This document shows positions 17,801 to 28,261 of a stretch of 64,000 nucleotides of DNA, piece by piece. The stretch lies in contig CAWJGT010000019.1 of NCBI GenBank assembly GCA_963842525.1, forward strand, positions 416,001-480,000, given 5' to 3'. Numbering within the stretch: position 1 is the first letter of the stretch; the number at the start of each line of letters is the position of its first letter. The notes under the pieces were generated by a model that saw nothing but the letters and a program-made list of their open reading frames with translations, was not told the origin of the DNA and searched no databases. Both the position numbers and the translations under genes were made by a program. This stretch comes from an uncultured Holophagales bacterium. Its GTDB lineage: Bacteria > Acidobacteriota > Thermoanaerobaculia > Multivoradales > UBA5704.

Positions 17801-20279
17801 CCTCAAGGCGGTGCTCCCCGACGGCTCGGAGATCCAGAACACCTACGACGACGCCGGCCGTCTCATCGCAATCCGGGACGCCCGCGGGAACACCACATCC
17901 TATGAGGACGACGACGCCGGACGCAGGACGAAGATCATCGATCCCGACGGCGGAGAGATGGTTTTCGGGTACGACCCCAACGGCAATCAGACCTCCGTCA
18001 GGGATCCACGGGGGAAGACGACGACCTACGAGTACGACGACGCGAACCGCCTGATCCGCATCCTCTTCCCTGATGGCACCGACAGGGAGATCGGCTACGA
18101 CCGGCGGGGCAAGAAGACCGCGGAGACCGACCCGGCCGGAAAGACAACCCGGTATGCCTACGATGGGCTCGGCAACCTGACCACCGTCACCGACGCCCTG
18201 AGCCAGGCCACCCGCTTCGCCTACGACGAGGTGGGCAACCGGGTATCTCAAACCGACGCCGCGGGCCGCGAGACGCGCTTCGAATACGATCGCCTGGGCC
18301 GGATGGCGCGCCGGGTCCTGCCCCTCGGTCATGCCGAGAGCAGGACCTATGATGCCGCCGGCAACCTGATCAGCCGCACCGACTTCGGCGGCTCCACCGT
18401 CACATTCACCTACGACTCCGACGACCGGCTGATCCGGCGGCGCTATCCCGACGGCAGCTCGGTCAGCTTGACGTACACCCCCACGGGCCGCCGGGCCTCG
18501 GCCACGGACGCGCGGGGCACGACGGTCTACCAGTATGACGACCGGGACCGCCTCACGGGCGTGGACCTGCCGGGCGGCCGCTCGCTCTCGTATGCCTACG
18601 ACCGCAACGGCAACCGCACGGCGCTCGGACTGACCGTGGCGGCGAGCACCTTCGCGACGAGCTTTTCCTACGATGATCTCAACCGCCTGGAGGCGGTGAC
18701 CGATCCCCAGGGCCGCCTGTATCAGCACGGCTACGACGCCAGCGGCAACCGGACCTCCCTGGAGCACCCGAACGGCGTCCGCACGACCTACGCCCATGAC
18801 GACCTGAACCGCCTGACGGGTTTGGAGGCTCGGAACGGCGTTGGTGCCGTCGTGCAGTCCTATCTCTACACATTGGGGCCCGCCGGCAACCGGACCCGCG
18901 TCGAGGAGCATGGCGGAGCCGTTCGGACGTACGAGCACGACGACCTCTACCGCCTCAGCCGCGAGACCGTGAGCGTTGCCGGGGTGGCGCAGCTCGACGA
19001 CTCCTTCACCTACGACGCGGTGGGCAACCGGCTCTCCCGGACCCGCATCGACGGCTCCGGGACCGTGACGACCCCGTACACCTACGACGCCCGCGACCGG
19101 CTTCTCACGAAAGGCGGCGACAGCTTCACGTGGGACGACAACGGCAATCTCGTCCTCCAGTCCGGGGCGGACGGCGCCGCCTACGTCTGGGACTACGACC
19201 ACCGGCTCGTCCGCGTGACAAAGCTGGACGGCACGGTCGTCACCCATGCCTACGATGCCGACGGCAACAGGGTCCGGACCGAGGTGACGCCGCCGAACGG
19301 ACCGCCCACGGTGACGGAATATGTCGTCGACGCTTCCCGCGAGCTGAGCCAGGTCGTCGCCGATCTCCTGGGCCACGCGGTCGTCGCGTACTACCTGCGC
19401 GGGGACGACCTCCTGGCGGTGATCCGTGGCTCGGGCACCCGCTTCTACCACGCCGACGGCCTCGGCTCGATCCGGGCTCTCACGGACGAATCGGGCAACG
19501 TCACCGACACCTATACCTTCACGGCGTTCGGCGAGCTGTTGTCGCACGCCGGCTCCGATCCGAACGCCTACCTCTTCGCGGGCGAAGCGCTCGATGCCAA
19601 CAGCGGCTTCTACTACCTGCGCGCCCGGTGGATGGACCCCGCCGTCGGACGGTTCGCGAGCATCGACCCGTTCGCGGGCCTGGCGTTCGAGCCGCTCACA
19701 CTCCACAGGTATCTGTACGCAGGCGCCAACCCGGTCGACTTCGTCGATCCCTCGGGCCTGGTTGTCGGCGGGTTCTCCGGGCTGATCGCCGGCGCCATCG
19801 CGAGCATCCAGGGGCGGATCGCAAGCCTCAGCAGCAGCGGCCTCGCCTTCCTCTACGTCATGCGCAACCTGCGTGCCCTGAACTGGACGCTGACAGCCCT
19901 GCGCGCCATCCAGGCCCGCTTCGGCAACCTTTTCGTCACCCTGGAAGAAGCCCTGGTGCGCTCACGCGGCAGCATCGACATGGTCTTGCGCCGCGCGGCC
20001 GGAGCCCTGCAGCGGGTCAGCATCGAGCTGAAGAACTGGAACATCGATGCCATCGCGCGCTCGCCGCAGCGGGCGCAAGGCATGCTGGACCAGCTCCAGA
20101 GGCAGGCCCAGAACTTCCGGGCCGAGAACGTCGAAGCCATCTACGGGTTCGCCGAGAAAGCCGCCACGCCGCAAGGCCAGGCCCTCCTGATCCAGATCCG
20201 CAACATCCTGACCACGAACGGACACAGGATCACTTTCGGGACGCAGCAGCTCCTGGACGAGATCGGGAAGTACCTCTAG
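14850..20279 (+). CDS. Rhs/YD-repeat polymorphic toxin, 1809 aa
   Basis: Dozens of YD repeats; Rhs core FAGE..D...YYLRARWMDP..GRF...NPVDFVDPSGL; about 170-aa C-terminal tip. Confidence 0.92.
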   Translation: MGKKSCTMRVACRVLCYTLLLQASPAAQGQGLPAAPSPEWVEAGRIAAEPDRPAIGGLPAASASSPAPRPRQTRAASVEPRTAFRAELRKAPAEERVEEPPSAPAPIRPEDLPPFPPAMEGATLPRAAAATALTATSLIPGWNLASVQNQPPDPTPAAVFSSIAGTFTRVWAYDACAPGDPWKVYDPADAAVSNLTAVDQEIGFWIEMTAPAPVPSPGTLADETTIHLCTGWNLIGFPAGQARPVRTALSSIEGKYARVFGFDPADTSDPWEIYDVAVPAWANDLELMQPGRGYWVLATSETDLVISNAGAEPEVAITAPSDLAVVTAPTDVIGTVKSDRLESWTLSYRAHGDAEGAVFASGNTPVVNGRLGTFDPTLLLNGGYTVELTATDFNGQSSTVSIDVSAEGQMKIGNFTLQYIDLEIPLSGLPIQVVRNYDSRDKRRGDFGVGWTLELRQGTYRNNRPPGEGWDISSGFLPCQEVTEIETHLTTIRLSDQEIYRFKPGLASPAPTLGGCFAQARFDFVDGPVPGATLAILGNTEVIYQNGTDYVVDSGSFEIYEPQQVRLTLRDGRVFDLHIQQGVTRLQDVSANTLSITPGAITHSSGRSVAIQRDSLGRIASITDPAAKSVTYAYDAAGDLVSVTDRESNTTQLTYAANHHLLEIEDPQGRQPVRNEYDGSGRLIRTTDSQGRTVEFEHRLGDRVEVVTDRLGRVRALEYDQRGNVVREVDTAGKETLRTFDAKDRILTQTDPLGNTTAYTYDAFGNITRVTDPAGNATAYTYNSRGQVLAMLDSRGKLTKRTYDAKGNLTTVIDPLGNTTSYTYDGAGNVLTETGPEGHVTAYVVDTFGNTVKQVDALGHETTFTFDANGNELTRTTSRTTASGTETLTWTSVYDDAGRLVRSVDPDGTFTTTAYDHRGNVVEKVDKLGRRTTFAYDGTGLLTTTAYPDGTSEVRTYDAEGRLASQTDRAGRTTTFERDPLGRLLKAVLPDGSEIQNTYDDAGRLIAIRDARGNTTSYEDDDAGRRTKIIDPDGGEMVFGYDPNGNQTSVRDPRGKTTTYEYDDANRLIRILFPDGTDREIGYDRRGKKTAETDPAGKTTRYAYDGLGNLTTVTDALSQATRFAYDEVGNRVSQTDAAGRETRFEYDRLGRMARRVLPLGHAESRTYDAAGNLISRTDFGGSTVTFTYDSDDRLIRRRYPDGSSVSLTYTPTGRRASATDARGTTVYQYDDRDRLTGVDLPGGRSLSYAYDRNGNRTALGLTVAASTFATSFSYDDLNRLEAVTDPQGRLYQHGYDASGNRTSLEHPNGVRTTYAHDDLNRLTGLEARNGVGAVVQSYLYTLGPAGNRTRVEEHGGAVRTYEHDDLYRLSRETVSVAGVAQLDDSFTYDAVGNRLSRTRIDGSGTVTTPYTYDARDRLLTKGGDSFTWDDNGNLVLQSGADGAAYVWDYDHRLVRVTKLDGTVVTHAYDADGNRVRTEVTPPNGPPTVTEYVVDASRELSQVVADLLGHAVVAYYLRGDDLLAVIRGSGTRFYHADGLGSIRALTDESGNVTDTYTFTAFGELLSHAGSDPNAYLFAGEALDANSGFYYLRARWMDPAVGRFASIDPFAGLAFEPLTLHRYLYAGANPVDFVDPSGLVVGGFSGLIAGAIASIQGRIASLSSSGLAFLYVMRNLRALNWTLTALRAIQARFGNLFVTLEEALVRSRGSIDMVLRRAAGALQRVSIELKNWNIDAIARSPQRAQGMLDQLQRQAQNFRAENVEAIYGFAEKAATPQGQALLIQIRNILTTNGHRITFGTQQLLDEIGKYL

Positions 20280-20283
20280 GGCC

Positions 20284-21253
20284 ATGGGCAACGCGAAGCT
20301 GATCGAGGTCCCCGACGGCGCGGCCCTGCGGGCGGTGGAGCTGCTCCTCCGCGAGCGTTCCAAACAGGGTGAGGCACGAGCCGTGAACCTGATCTTCACG
20401 GGGAAGCGTCTCCAGGACCTCTGCGAGCTGGAGGGGCTCACGACCAGGCCGCACTACGGGATTCACGGATTCCTGGGCTCGGATCTCGACGCAAAGGCCG
20501 AGGTGGGCCGTCTGCTGACCGCCGGCCCTACTCAGGTCTCCTTGAGCCTTCACTATGCCTGGGGCGTCCTTCCTGTCTTCCTCAGATCGGCGACCGCCTC
20601 CAGGAAAGGGTCTTTGGATATCGACTTCGACCCGCCCTCGCGGGGCTGGTTTCTCCAGGGTCTCTTCGCCGGAGTGGCGCCGATCCTGGGACTGGAGAAG
20701 GTTGCAACCGGCCCGATCCCCGGGGGCGGCGAGCTCGCGGTGACATCGTTTGAGAACGCGAGCCGCGAGGGGATCCATCTCTCGTTTCCATCCGGGCTGG
20801 CCGGTCGCGTGGACGAGCCTCCGTGAGCTGGTCAGCCGCCTGTATCCGCCGGCGAAGGTGCACGTGATCCTGACCGCGGACCTGAAGACCGTGCGCGAGC
20901 TGCACGAGTCGGGGAAGGTCGTCCCCTGCTCCTGCTGCGCCTGGCATTTCGGCTACGTGGACCTCCTGGCGGAAGAGAGCGACGTGCACCTGGGCCGGCT
21001 CAACGAGGTCGCGCAGCTCCTCGCGCGGCGGCTGGGCCGAGACCGCGCCCTGACCTTCAGGGGTTTCACCTGGAATTGGGAGGAAGGCCTCGACCCTTCC
21101 GTGGCGAATGCGGTGGTGTGGAGCGTTCCGAAACGAGGGCCGGGATGGATCGAGGTGCGCTGGTACGACCCCCTGCCGCGCGCCACCCTCAGCTCTCTGA
21201 AGGACGAGGTGCGGCGATTCATTGCGAGCCCTGAGGCGGGTTCGAAGCTCTAA
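20284..21253 (+). CDS. Candidate immunity protein, split by a frameshift at ~20795
   Basis: Starts 4 bp after the Rhs stop; ORFs 20284-20826 and 20750-21253 join if one base is removed. Confidence 0.55.
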
Positions 21254-22314
21254 TCCCCTTCCACCAATCCCTCGAACCGCGCCTTGTTGGTGGCCTTCAG
21301 GTAGGCCTCGCGGGGAGTGATGCGCATCCTCTCGACCATGTCCATCAGGGCGTCGTCCATGAGCTGCATGCCCGCGGACTTGCCGCCCTGGATGATGGTC
21401 TGGATCATCGGCGTGTTGCCTTCGCGGATCACGTTCGACAAGCCGGAGGTCTTGAGCAGGATCTCGGCGACGGCGCAGCGGCCCTGGCCGTCGGCGGTGC
21501 GCAGCAGGAGCTGCGAGACGATGCCGGCGATCGACTCGGCGAGCGTAGTGCGGATCTGCGCCTGCTCCTCCGTGGGGAAGGCGTCGACCAGGCGGTCGAT
21601 CGTGTTGGCGGCGCCATTGGTGTGCAGGGTGCCGAAGACCAGGGCGCCCATCTCGGCGGCGGTGACCGCGAGGGAGATCGTCTCCAGGTCGCGCATCTCG
21701 CCCACCAGGATCACGTCCGCGTCCTGGCGGATGGCGGAGCGCAGGGCGGCGGCGAAGCTCTCGGTGTCCGTCCCGATCTCGCGCTGCGAGAAGATCGACT
21801 TCTTGTTCTTGTGGACGAACTCGACCGGATCCTCGATGGTGACGATGTGCTTGGCGTAGGTGCTGTTGATCCGGTCGATGATGGACGCCATGGTGGTGGA
21901 CTTGCCCGAGCCGGTGGGGCCAGTGATTAGCACGAGCCCCTGCCGGAGATGGGCGAGGCTCTCGATGGCCTTCGGCAGGTCGAGACTCTCCAGCGGTACG
22001 ATCTCCTCGGGAATCAGGCGGAAGACCGCCGCGGCCCCGTTCTCCTGGCACAGGTAGTTGACGCGGAAGCGGCCTACTCCTTCGACTCCGTAGGCGAAGT
22101 CGAGGTCGCCTGTGCGCTCGTACTCGCCCCATTGCTCCTCGCTGGCGATCTCGCGGAGGAGGTCGCAGAGGTCATCGTGGGAGAGGACGGGCCAGCCCTC
22201 GACCGGCTCGAGGGAGCCGTGGAGGCGGATGCGCGGCTCGAGGCCGGCGGCCAGGTGGAGGTCCGAGCCGCGGCGGTCCTTCAGGGTATGGAAGAGCTCA
22301 TGCAGCCGTGGCAT
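21250..22314 (-). CDS. pilT: Type IV pilus retraction ATPase
   Basis: SDLHL, GPTGSGKST, TIEDPVE, GEMRD, GTLHT motifs. Confidence 0.92.
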   Translation of the reverse strand: MPRLHELFHTLKDRRGSDLHLAAGLEPRIRLHGSLEPVEGWPVLSHDDLCDLLREIASEEQWGEYERTGDLDFAYGVEGVGRFRVNYLCQENGAAAVFRLIPEEIVPLESLDLPKAIESLAHLRQGLVLITGPTGSGKSTTMASIIDRINSTYAKHIVTIEDPVEFVHKNKKSIFSQREIGTDTESFAAALRSAIRQDADVILVGEMRDLETISLAVTAAEMGALVFGTLHTNGAANTIDRLVDAFPTEEQAQIRTTLAESIAGIVSQLLLRTADGQGRCAVAEILLKTSGLSNVIREGNTPMIQTIIQGGKSAGMQLMDDALMDMVERMRITPREAYLKATNKARFEGLVEGD

Positions 22315-23719
22315 GGGGAGCTCCGGCCGGCGCGGCGGCGAGCTTTTGCGGCTCTTCGGCGTGCCGCGCCGCCTCGTCGCGGGTGATGACCCTGGTCTTG
22401 ACCAGCTCCTGGAGCGATCCGTCGAGCAGGCACATCCCCTGCGCGCCGCCGGTCTGGAGGACGGAGCGGATCTGGAAGGTCTTGTTCTCGCGGATGAGGT
22501 TGCCCACGGCCTTGTTGCAGACCAGCACCTCGAGGGCGGGCACGCGGCCGGTGCCGTCGGCGCGGTGGACCAGCCGCTGCGAGACCACGGCGCGCAGCGA
22601 TTCGGCGAGCATGGTGCGGATCTGGTCCTGCTGCGCCGCCGGGAAGACGCCCAGGATGCGGTTGATCGTGCGGATGGCGTTGCTCGTATGCAGGGTGGCG
22701 AGCACGAGGTGGCCGGTTTCGGCCGCAGTCAGGGCGAGCGAGATCGTCTCCAGGTCGCGCAGCTCACCGAGGCCGATGACGTCCGGGTCCTCGCGCAGGG
22801 TGGCGCGCAAGGCGCGGGCGAACGAGCCGGTGTGCCGGCCCACTTGGCGCTGGTTGACCACGCACTGGCGGGAGCGGTGGATGTACTCGATCGGGTCCTC
22901 GATGGTGACGATGTGGTCCTTCCGGTCCTGGTTGATGATGTGGAGCAGGGCGGCCATCGTCGAGGACTTGCCGCAGCCGGCAGGGCCCGTGAGCAGCACC
23001 ATCCCCTGGTGGTAGTTGCAGAACCGGGACAGGGTCGCAGGGAGCCCGAGAGCCTCCAGGGTGGGCGGCTCGGGAGGAATGGCGCGAAAGACGGCGTCGA
23101 GCCCCCGCTGCTGCCGGTAGGCGTTGCTGCGGAACCGGCCGACCCCGGCCAGGGTGTAGGAGAAGTCGACCTGGCCGTGGGCGTCCAGGGCGTTGCGCTG
23201 CTCGGGCGTCAGGATCTCCCGGATGATCTCGTGGCCCAGCCCGGGATCGAGCGGCGCGGGCTCCAGCTCGGTGAGCTGGCCGTGGATGCGCAGCCGCAAG
23301 GGGGCGCCGCTGTGGACGTGGATGTCGCTCGCCTGGCGGTCCACCGCGGCGGCGAGGAGGGCGTCCAGCCGCCGCTCCGCGGTCCGCCAAGCCAGGGGAG
23401 CCGGGCCGAACGGCGCGGCGGTGGAGCCCGGAGGCGGCTCGGTATCCGCTGCGTCCGCGGCATGCTCAAGGACCGCGGGAGCCCCGGAGGCCGGAGCGGT
23501 CTGGGTCTTCTGCTTCGCCTGGTAGTCCCGCTGCACCGCGCGGAGCTGCTCGAGCTGCCGCTCGTTGAGACGGCCCTGCTCGACGAGGATCTCGCCCAGG
23601 CCGCGGAGGCCTCCTTCGGCGGCATGCTGGGTGGCAGCCTCGGTGAGCTGCTCCTGGGTAACGAGCTTGTAATGCAGGGCGATCCGCCCGAAGAGGAGGT
23701 CATCTGGACCGAGGGACAT
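22298..23719 (-). CDS. pilT: PilT-family ATPase with an N-terminal extension
   Basis: GPAGCGKSS, TIEDPIE, REDPD, ATLHT; N-terminal LFGRIAL...LGEILVEQG. Confidence 0.88.
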   Translation of the reverse strand: MSLGPDDLLFGRIALHYKLVTQEQLTEAATQHAAEGGLRGLGEILVEQGRLNERQLEQLRAVQRDYQAKQKTQTAPASGAPAVLEHAADAADTEPPPGSTAAPFGPAPLAWRTAERRLDALLAAAVDRQASDIHVHSGAPLRLRIHGQLTELEPAPLDPGLGHEIIREILTPEQRNALDAHGQVDFSYTLAGVGRFRSNAYRQQRGLDAVFRAIPPEPPTLEALGLPATLSRFCNYHQGMVLLTGPAGCGKSSTMAALLHIINQDRKDHIVTIEDPIEYIHRSRQCVVNQRQVGRHTGSFARALRATLREDPDVIGLGELRDLETISLALTAAETGHLVLATLHTSNAIRTINRILGVFPAAQQDQIRTMLAESLRAVVSQRLVHRADGTGRVPALEVLVCNKAVGNLIRENKTFQIRSVLQTGGAQGMCLLDGSLQELVKTRVITRDEAARHAEEPQKLAAAPAGAPHATAA

Positions 23720-23847
23720 GGTGGTGCGAGGGTACGAGAGGCGGCCCTCGTCGTCAACGGTCCCCACGTGATTCCGCTCCCGGGCTGGTAGAATGCGCGC
23801 GCCGAAACGTTGGCGGAGCACCTTTTCTGAAGGAGGAGGTCGTCCAA

Positions 23848-26140
23848 ATGGCTGAGCCCACGGGCACGAACGGGGTCGCATCGGAAGGACGGGGCGCGAG
23901 TTGGGGGATCGCCGTTGCGCTGGTCCTGCTCGCCCTGCTGCTCCTGCTGGCGGTGGCGCGCCGGCAGCCGCCCGATCCGCGGCCGCAGGACGCTCCGGCG
24001 ACGGAGTTCTCCGCCGGCCGGGCGCGGGAGGTGCTGCGCGAGCTGCTGGGGGACGGCCGGCCTCATCCGGTGGGCAGCGAGGCCAATGTGCAGGTGCGGG
24101 ACCGGATCCTCGCCCGCCTGCGAGGCCTCGGCTATGCCCCGGAGGTCCAGGAGGGCTTCGCGTGCAGACCGGAGTGCGCCCGGGTCGAGAACGTGCTCGC
24201 GCGCCTGGAAGGGAGCCAGCCGACCGGGACGATCCTGCTGATGGCGCACTATGACTCGGTCGCGGCCGGACCCGGCGCGTCCGACGACACGGCCGGGGTG
24301 GCGGCGGTCCTGGAGGTCGCCCGCGTCCTCAAGGCGGGGCCGCCGCCGAAGAATACAGTCCTCTTCCTGCTCGACGACGGCGAAGAGCAGGGGCTCCTGG
24401 GCGCCAGGGTGTTCGCCGAAAGCCCGGCGGCCCGCGACGTCAAGGTGGTCGTGAACCTCGAAGCGCGAGGTTCCTCGGGCCCGAGCCTGATGTTCGAGAC
24501 CAGCGGCGACGATGGCTGGCTCATCCCCCTCTATGCGGCCGGCGCCTCGCATCCGACGACCAGCTCGGTCTTCGCCACCATCTATGACCTGATGCCCAAC
24601 GACACCGACCTGACGATCTTCAAACAGCGTGGCGTGCACGGGCTGAACTTCGCCTATGTCGGCAACCCGACCCACTATCACACCGCGCTGGACAATTTCG
24701 AAAACGCCTCGCCCGCCAGCTTGCAACACCACGGCGACAACGCCCTGGCGGCGGTGCGCGGCCTCGCCGGGGCGGACCTGGCGAGCCCGCCCCCGGGCGA
24801 CGCGGTCTTCTTCGACGTCCTCGGCACGACGGTGGTGCACTGGCCGCAATCCTGGACGCTGGGGATCGCCGCGCTGGCCCTGGTCCTGGTGCTGGCCGTC
24901 ATCGTCCTCGGCTTCCGCCGCCGGCTCCTGACCGGAGGGGGCGTGAGCTTCGGCCTGCTGGCGTTCCTCGGGTCCGTCCTCCTCGCGGGCGTGGTGGCCT
25001 TCGGGCTGACGACCCTGCTGCGCGCCACGCCGACGCCGTGGGTAGCGAAGCCGCTGCCGGTGATCGCCTCCTTCTGGCTGCTCGCGCTGGCCATCACCGG
25101 CTTCGTCGTGGCCAGCCTGGCGGGGCGCGCCGGTCGGTTCGGCCTGTGGGCGGGCATCTGGCTGGGTTGGGCCGTTTTCGGGCTCCTCCTGGCGCTGAGC
25201 GCGCCGGGCCTCAGCTATCTCTTCCTGATCCCTACGATCGTCGCCGGACTGGCGGGCCTGTTCGCCTTCCGGCCGGAGAGCGGCGCGACCACCTTCACGT
25301 TGGCCGCCCTTCTGCCGCTGCTGGTCGCGGCGATCCTGTGGTTCCCGATCCTGACGCCGCTCTACGACGGACTGGGGACTGGAGGCTCTGGCACCCATCG
25401 CCGTGCTGCTGGCGCTGCTCTTCACGGCCATGGGGCCGCTCTTCGCGGAGAGCGGCCGTCTCTGGCAGAAGGCGGTGCCCCTGGTCGCCGGCGTGGCGGC
25501 CCTGGTCCTGTTCGTGGTGGCGATGGCCTCGCCCCCCTTCTCGCCGTCATCGCCGCGGCCGTTGAACGTGGAATTCCACCAGGATGCGGACACGGGCAAG
25601 GCGCGTTGGCTGGCATGGGGACCTCAGCCGTTGCCGCCGGGGTTCCAGCAGGCCGGCCCGTTCTCGCAGCGGCCGGAGCCGGCGCAGCCCTGGGCGCCCT
25701 TCGCCCGCGTGCCGATCGCCCCCGCGCCGCCGCTCGGTGCGCCGGCACCGGAGCTGACCGTGCTCTCGGATACCCAGGAGGGCGGCCGGCGGAGTCTCCG
25801 GCTCCGCCTCGCTTCGCCTCGAGGGGCCTCCAGTGCGTCGGTGATGATCCCGGAGGCGGCGCGGGTGGAGTCGATCTCGGTCGAAGGGCACCGTGTCACG
25901 GCTGAGCCCCCGCGGCCGTCCTGGCCTGGCTGGTTCAATGCCACGGTGCTCACGCTGCCGCCGGGAGGTGCCGAGCTCGAGGTGGTGCTCGGCAACCCGG
26001 CGCCGCAGGACTGGTACGTGCTGGACCGCAGCCTGGGCCTGCCGCCTTCGGGGGCCGCTCTGCAGAAAGCCCGGCCGGCCACGGCGACCACGAGCCAGGA
26101 TGGGGATACGGCCGCGATCAGCCGGAAGGTGAAGATCTGA
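23848..26140 (+). CDS. M28-family membrane metallopeptidase (frameshift at ~25385)
   Basis: AHYDSV..GPGASDD, DGEEQGLLGA, NLEARG, YHT..D; the multi-TM C-terminal part continues in 25403-26140. Confidence 0.85.
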
Positions 26141-26161
26141 TACTGGCGCCCTGAGACACGA

Positions 26162-26189
26162 AGGCGCGGGCCGCCGGGCGCCCGCGCCT
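26162..26189. terminator. GC hairpin between convergent genes
   Basis: AGGCGCGGGC-N8-GCCCGCGCCT. Confidence 0.5.
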
Positions 26190-26214
26190 GTTCAGATCAG
26201 AGCCCGAGGCCGCC

Positions 26215-26538
26215 TCACTCGGCCTTTGTCATCTCGATGCTCGAGACCTTGATGGTGTCGCCTTCGACCTCGCCGGAGACCGTGACCTCATGGCCGAGGT
26301 GCTCTTTGGCGACGTCCTGCTTGTCGAGGTTATAAAGCTTCTGGTCGGCGGCGTTGTAGAAGACCAGCTTGCCGCCGTTCTCGAGGCACTTGGTGGCGCA
26401 GCCCTTGTGCTCGGCCTTGGCGCCCTTGGCGCCGCAGTGGTCGTCGGTGATCCACCCGGTCCACTCGCCCGCCAGGGCCAGCGTAGGGGTGAGGAGGAGG
26501 GCACAGAGGGTCAGCAGTGCGAACGTCTTCGTCTTCAT
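26215..26538 (-). CDS. Small exported protein with four Cys
   Basis: Signal peptide MKTKTFALL...ALA; WTGWITDDHCG...HKGCATKC; AAGGAG RBS. Confidence 0.8.
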   Translation of the reverse strand: MKTKTFALLTLCALLLTPTLALAGEWTGWITDDHCGAKGAKAEHKGCATKCLENGGKLVFYNAADQKLYNLDKQDVAKEHLGHEVTVSGEVEGDTIKVSSIEMTKAE

Positions 26539-26710
26539 GGATTTCGTCTCCTTGCAGATCAAGAGGCCCCCAGGAGGCCCCAGAGTAGCCTGACAGCGGC
26601 CAGCATCTTAGCATGGTACGGATGGGGAGGGGCGGGAGGATGGGTGGGAGATTGGGGCTTCCGCCGAATCTCCGGAAGGGGTAATCTCGGGGTACGTGGA
26701 GTCAGACATC

Positions 26711-27721
26711 GTGGCGATCACAAAGATCAAGGTCTCCAATTTCAAGAGCTTCGATGAGTTGAAGCTCGATCTTCGGCCCTTGAATATCGTCATTGGCGCG
26801 AATGCAGCAGGCAAGTCGAACTTCCTGGAGATCTTCCGGTTTCTCCGGGACATAGCGGAGCATGGCATCGAGAACGCGGTTTCTCTCCAGGGCGGGATGG
26901 ACTACCTTGGCAACCTGCAGATCAGAGATCGCTCCACCCGTGTAGCCTTCGAAGCCCATGTTCCTTCTGGAGATGGCGATACCTCCTTGTCGGGAGAGGT
27001 CACAATCCTGCCTCGGTCCGGCTCTCCCGGCTTCCAGATCGTCACAAAAGAAACCTCCTCGGGCTTCCCCGACCTCCTTGAGATCCTGTCGGGTGACATC
27101 AGGATCTTCGACTTCGATCCTGGGCTGTCCAAGCGCGCCATACCGGTGAGTGGCAAGGCCGACCTCGAGCCCGACGGCAGCAATCTGGCGCTCATCTTGA
27201 GGAGGGTCCTTCAAGACGAGAAGGATCGCTTTATCTTCACGGAGCTCTTGAAGGATGCCTTGCCGTTTGTCGCAGACCTCAGGGTCGAACAGTTCACGGA
27301 CAGGTCTCTTCTGCTCGCGCTCAAGGAAAATTATTCGTGGGACAGCTATGTCCCGGCTGCGTTCCTCTCCGATGGCACGATTCATTTGGTCGCCCTGATC
27401 CTTGCCCTCTACTTCGAGCGAGGGGAGATCATTGTCATCGAGGAGCCCGAGCGGAACATCCATCCCCGCCTGATCTCGAAGGTGGTCGGGATGCTCAAAG
27501 ACACGTCCCGCCGGAAGCAGGTGATCGTAACCACTCACAACCCTGAGCTGGTCAAGCATGCTGATCTGGCGGATCTGCTCCTGGTCCAGCGGGACGAGCT
27601 GGGATTCTCGCGCATCTCCCGTCCGGCCGAGAACGAGGAGCTGAAGGTGTTCCTCGAGAACGATCTGGGCATCGAAGACCTCTACGTCCAGAACCTGCTC
27701 GGCTTGAGGCATGCCGTATAG
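26711..27721 (+). CDS. ABC/AAA_21-type ATPase
   Basis: NFKSF, GANAAGKSN, LSDGT, IEEPE, TTHNP. Confidence 0.88.
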   Translation: MAITKIKVSNFKSFDELKLDLRPLNIVIGANAAGKSNFLEIFRFLRDIAEHGIENAVSLQGGMDYLGNLQIRDRSTRVAFEAHVPSGDGDTSLSGEVTILPRSGSPGFQIVTKETSSGFPDLLEILSGDIRIFDFDPGLSKRAIPVSGKADLEPDGSNLALILRRVLQDEKDRFIFTELLKDALPFVADLRVEQFTDRSLLLALKENYSWDSYVPAAFLSDGTIHLVALILALYFERGEIIVIEEPERNIHPRLISKVVGMLKDTSRRKQVIVTTHNPELVKHADLADLLLVQRDELGFSRISRPAENEELKVFLENDLGIEDLYVQNLLGLRHAV

Positions 27722-28252
27722 GCGGCTGTTCCTCTTCGTGGAAGGTGATGACGACGAGCTTTTCTTCCGCTCGGTGATCCTGCCCCTGTGGGCGCGATCC
27801 TACGACGACGTCCAGTTTGTCCCCTTCAGTGGGCTGAAGCGTGAGAAGGTCCGGGCCTTCCTCCGTAGCGTCCGGGCGATGGAGGCCGACTATCTCTGGG
27901 TGCGGGATCTGGACCAGTATCCCTGCGTGACCGCCGCCAAGCAGGCCGTCCAGCAGATCTATTCCCAGATCGATCCGGCCAGGATCCAGGTCGTCAAGGT
28001 GGAGATCGAGAGCTGGTACTGCGCTGGAATCCGTGCCCATGACACCGAGCTCGGCGCGCTCGACATCGCAACCTGTCCTGACACCCAGACGGTTACCAAG
28101 GAGGCCTTCGAGCTCGCCGTCTCGCAACGGAGAGTCCCGAGGGTGCCCGCCCTCCGGGCGATCCTGGCGAGCTCGACCAGGAGGCTGCGGTCCGACGCAA
28201 CGACTCCTTCCGTTACTTCCTGGACAAGCATGCTCCGGCCGGTGGGACATAA
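27711..28252 (+). CDS. TOPRIM-like partner protein (frameshift at ~28173)
   Basis: FVEGDDD, RDLD, EIESWY; the corrected frame ends RRNDSFRYFLDKHAPAGGT*. Confidence 0.7.
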
Positions 28253-28261
28253 TCCCCCCCG

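Noticed and set aside
14208-19706. 2156-aa minus-strand ORF
   Set aside because: Antisense shadow of the GC-rich Rhs gene; only its last ~323 aa (YndJ-like) are real.
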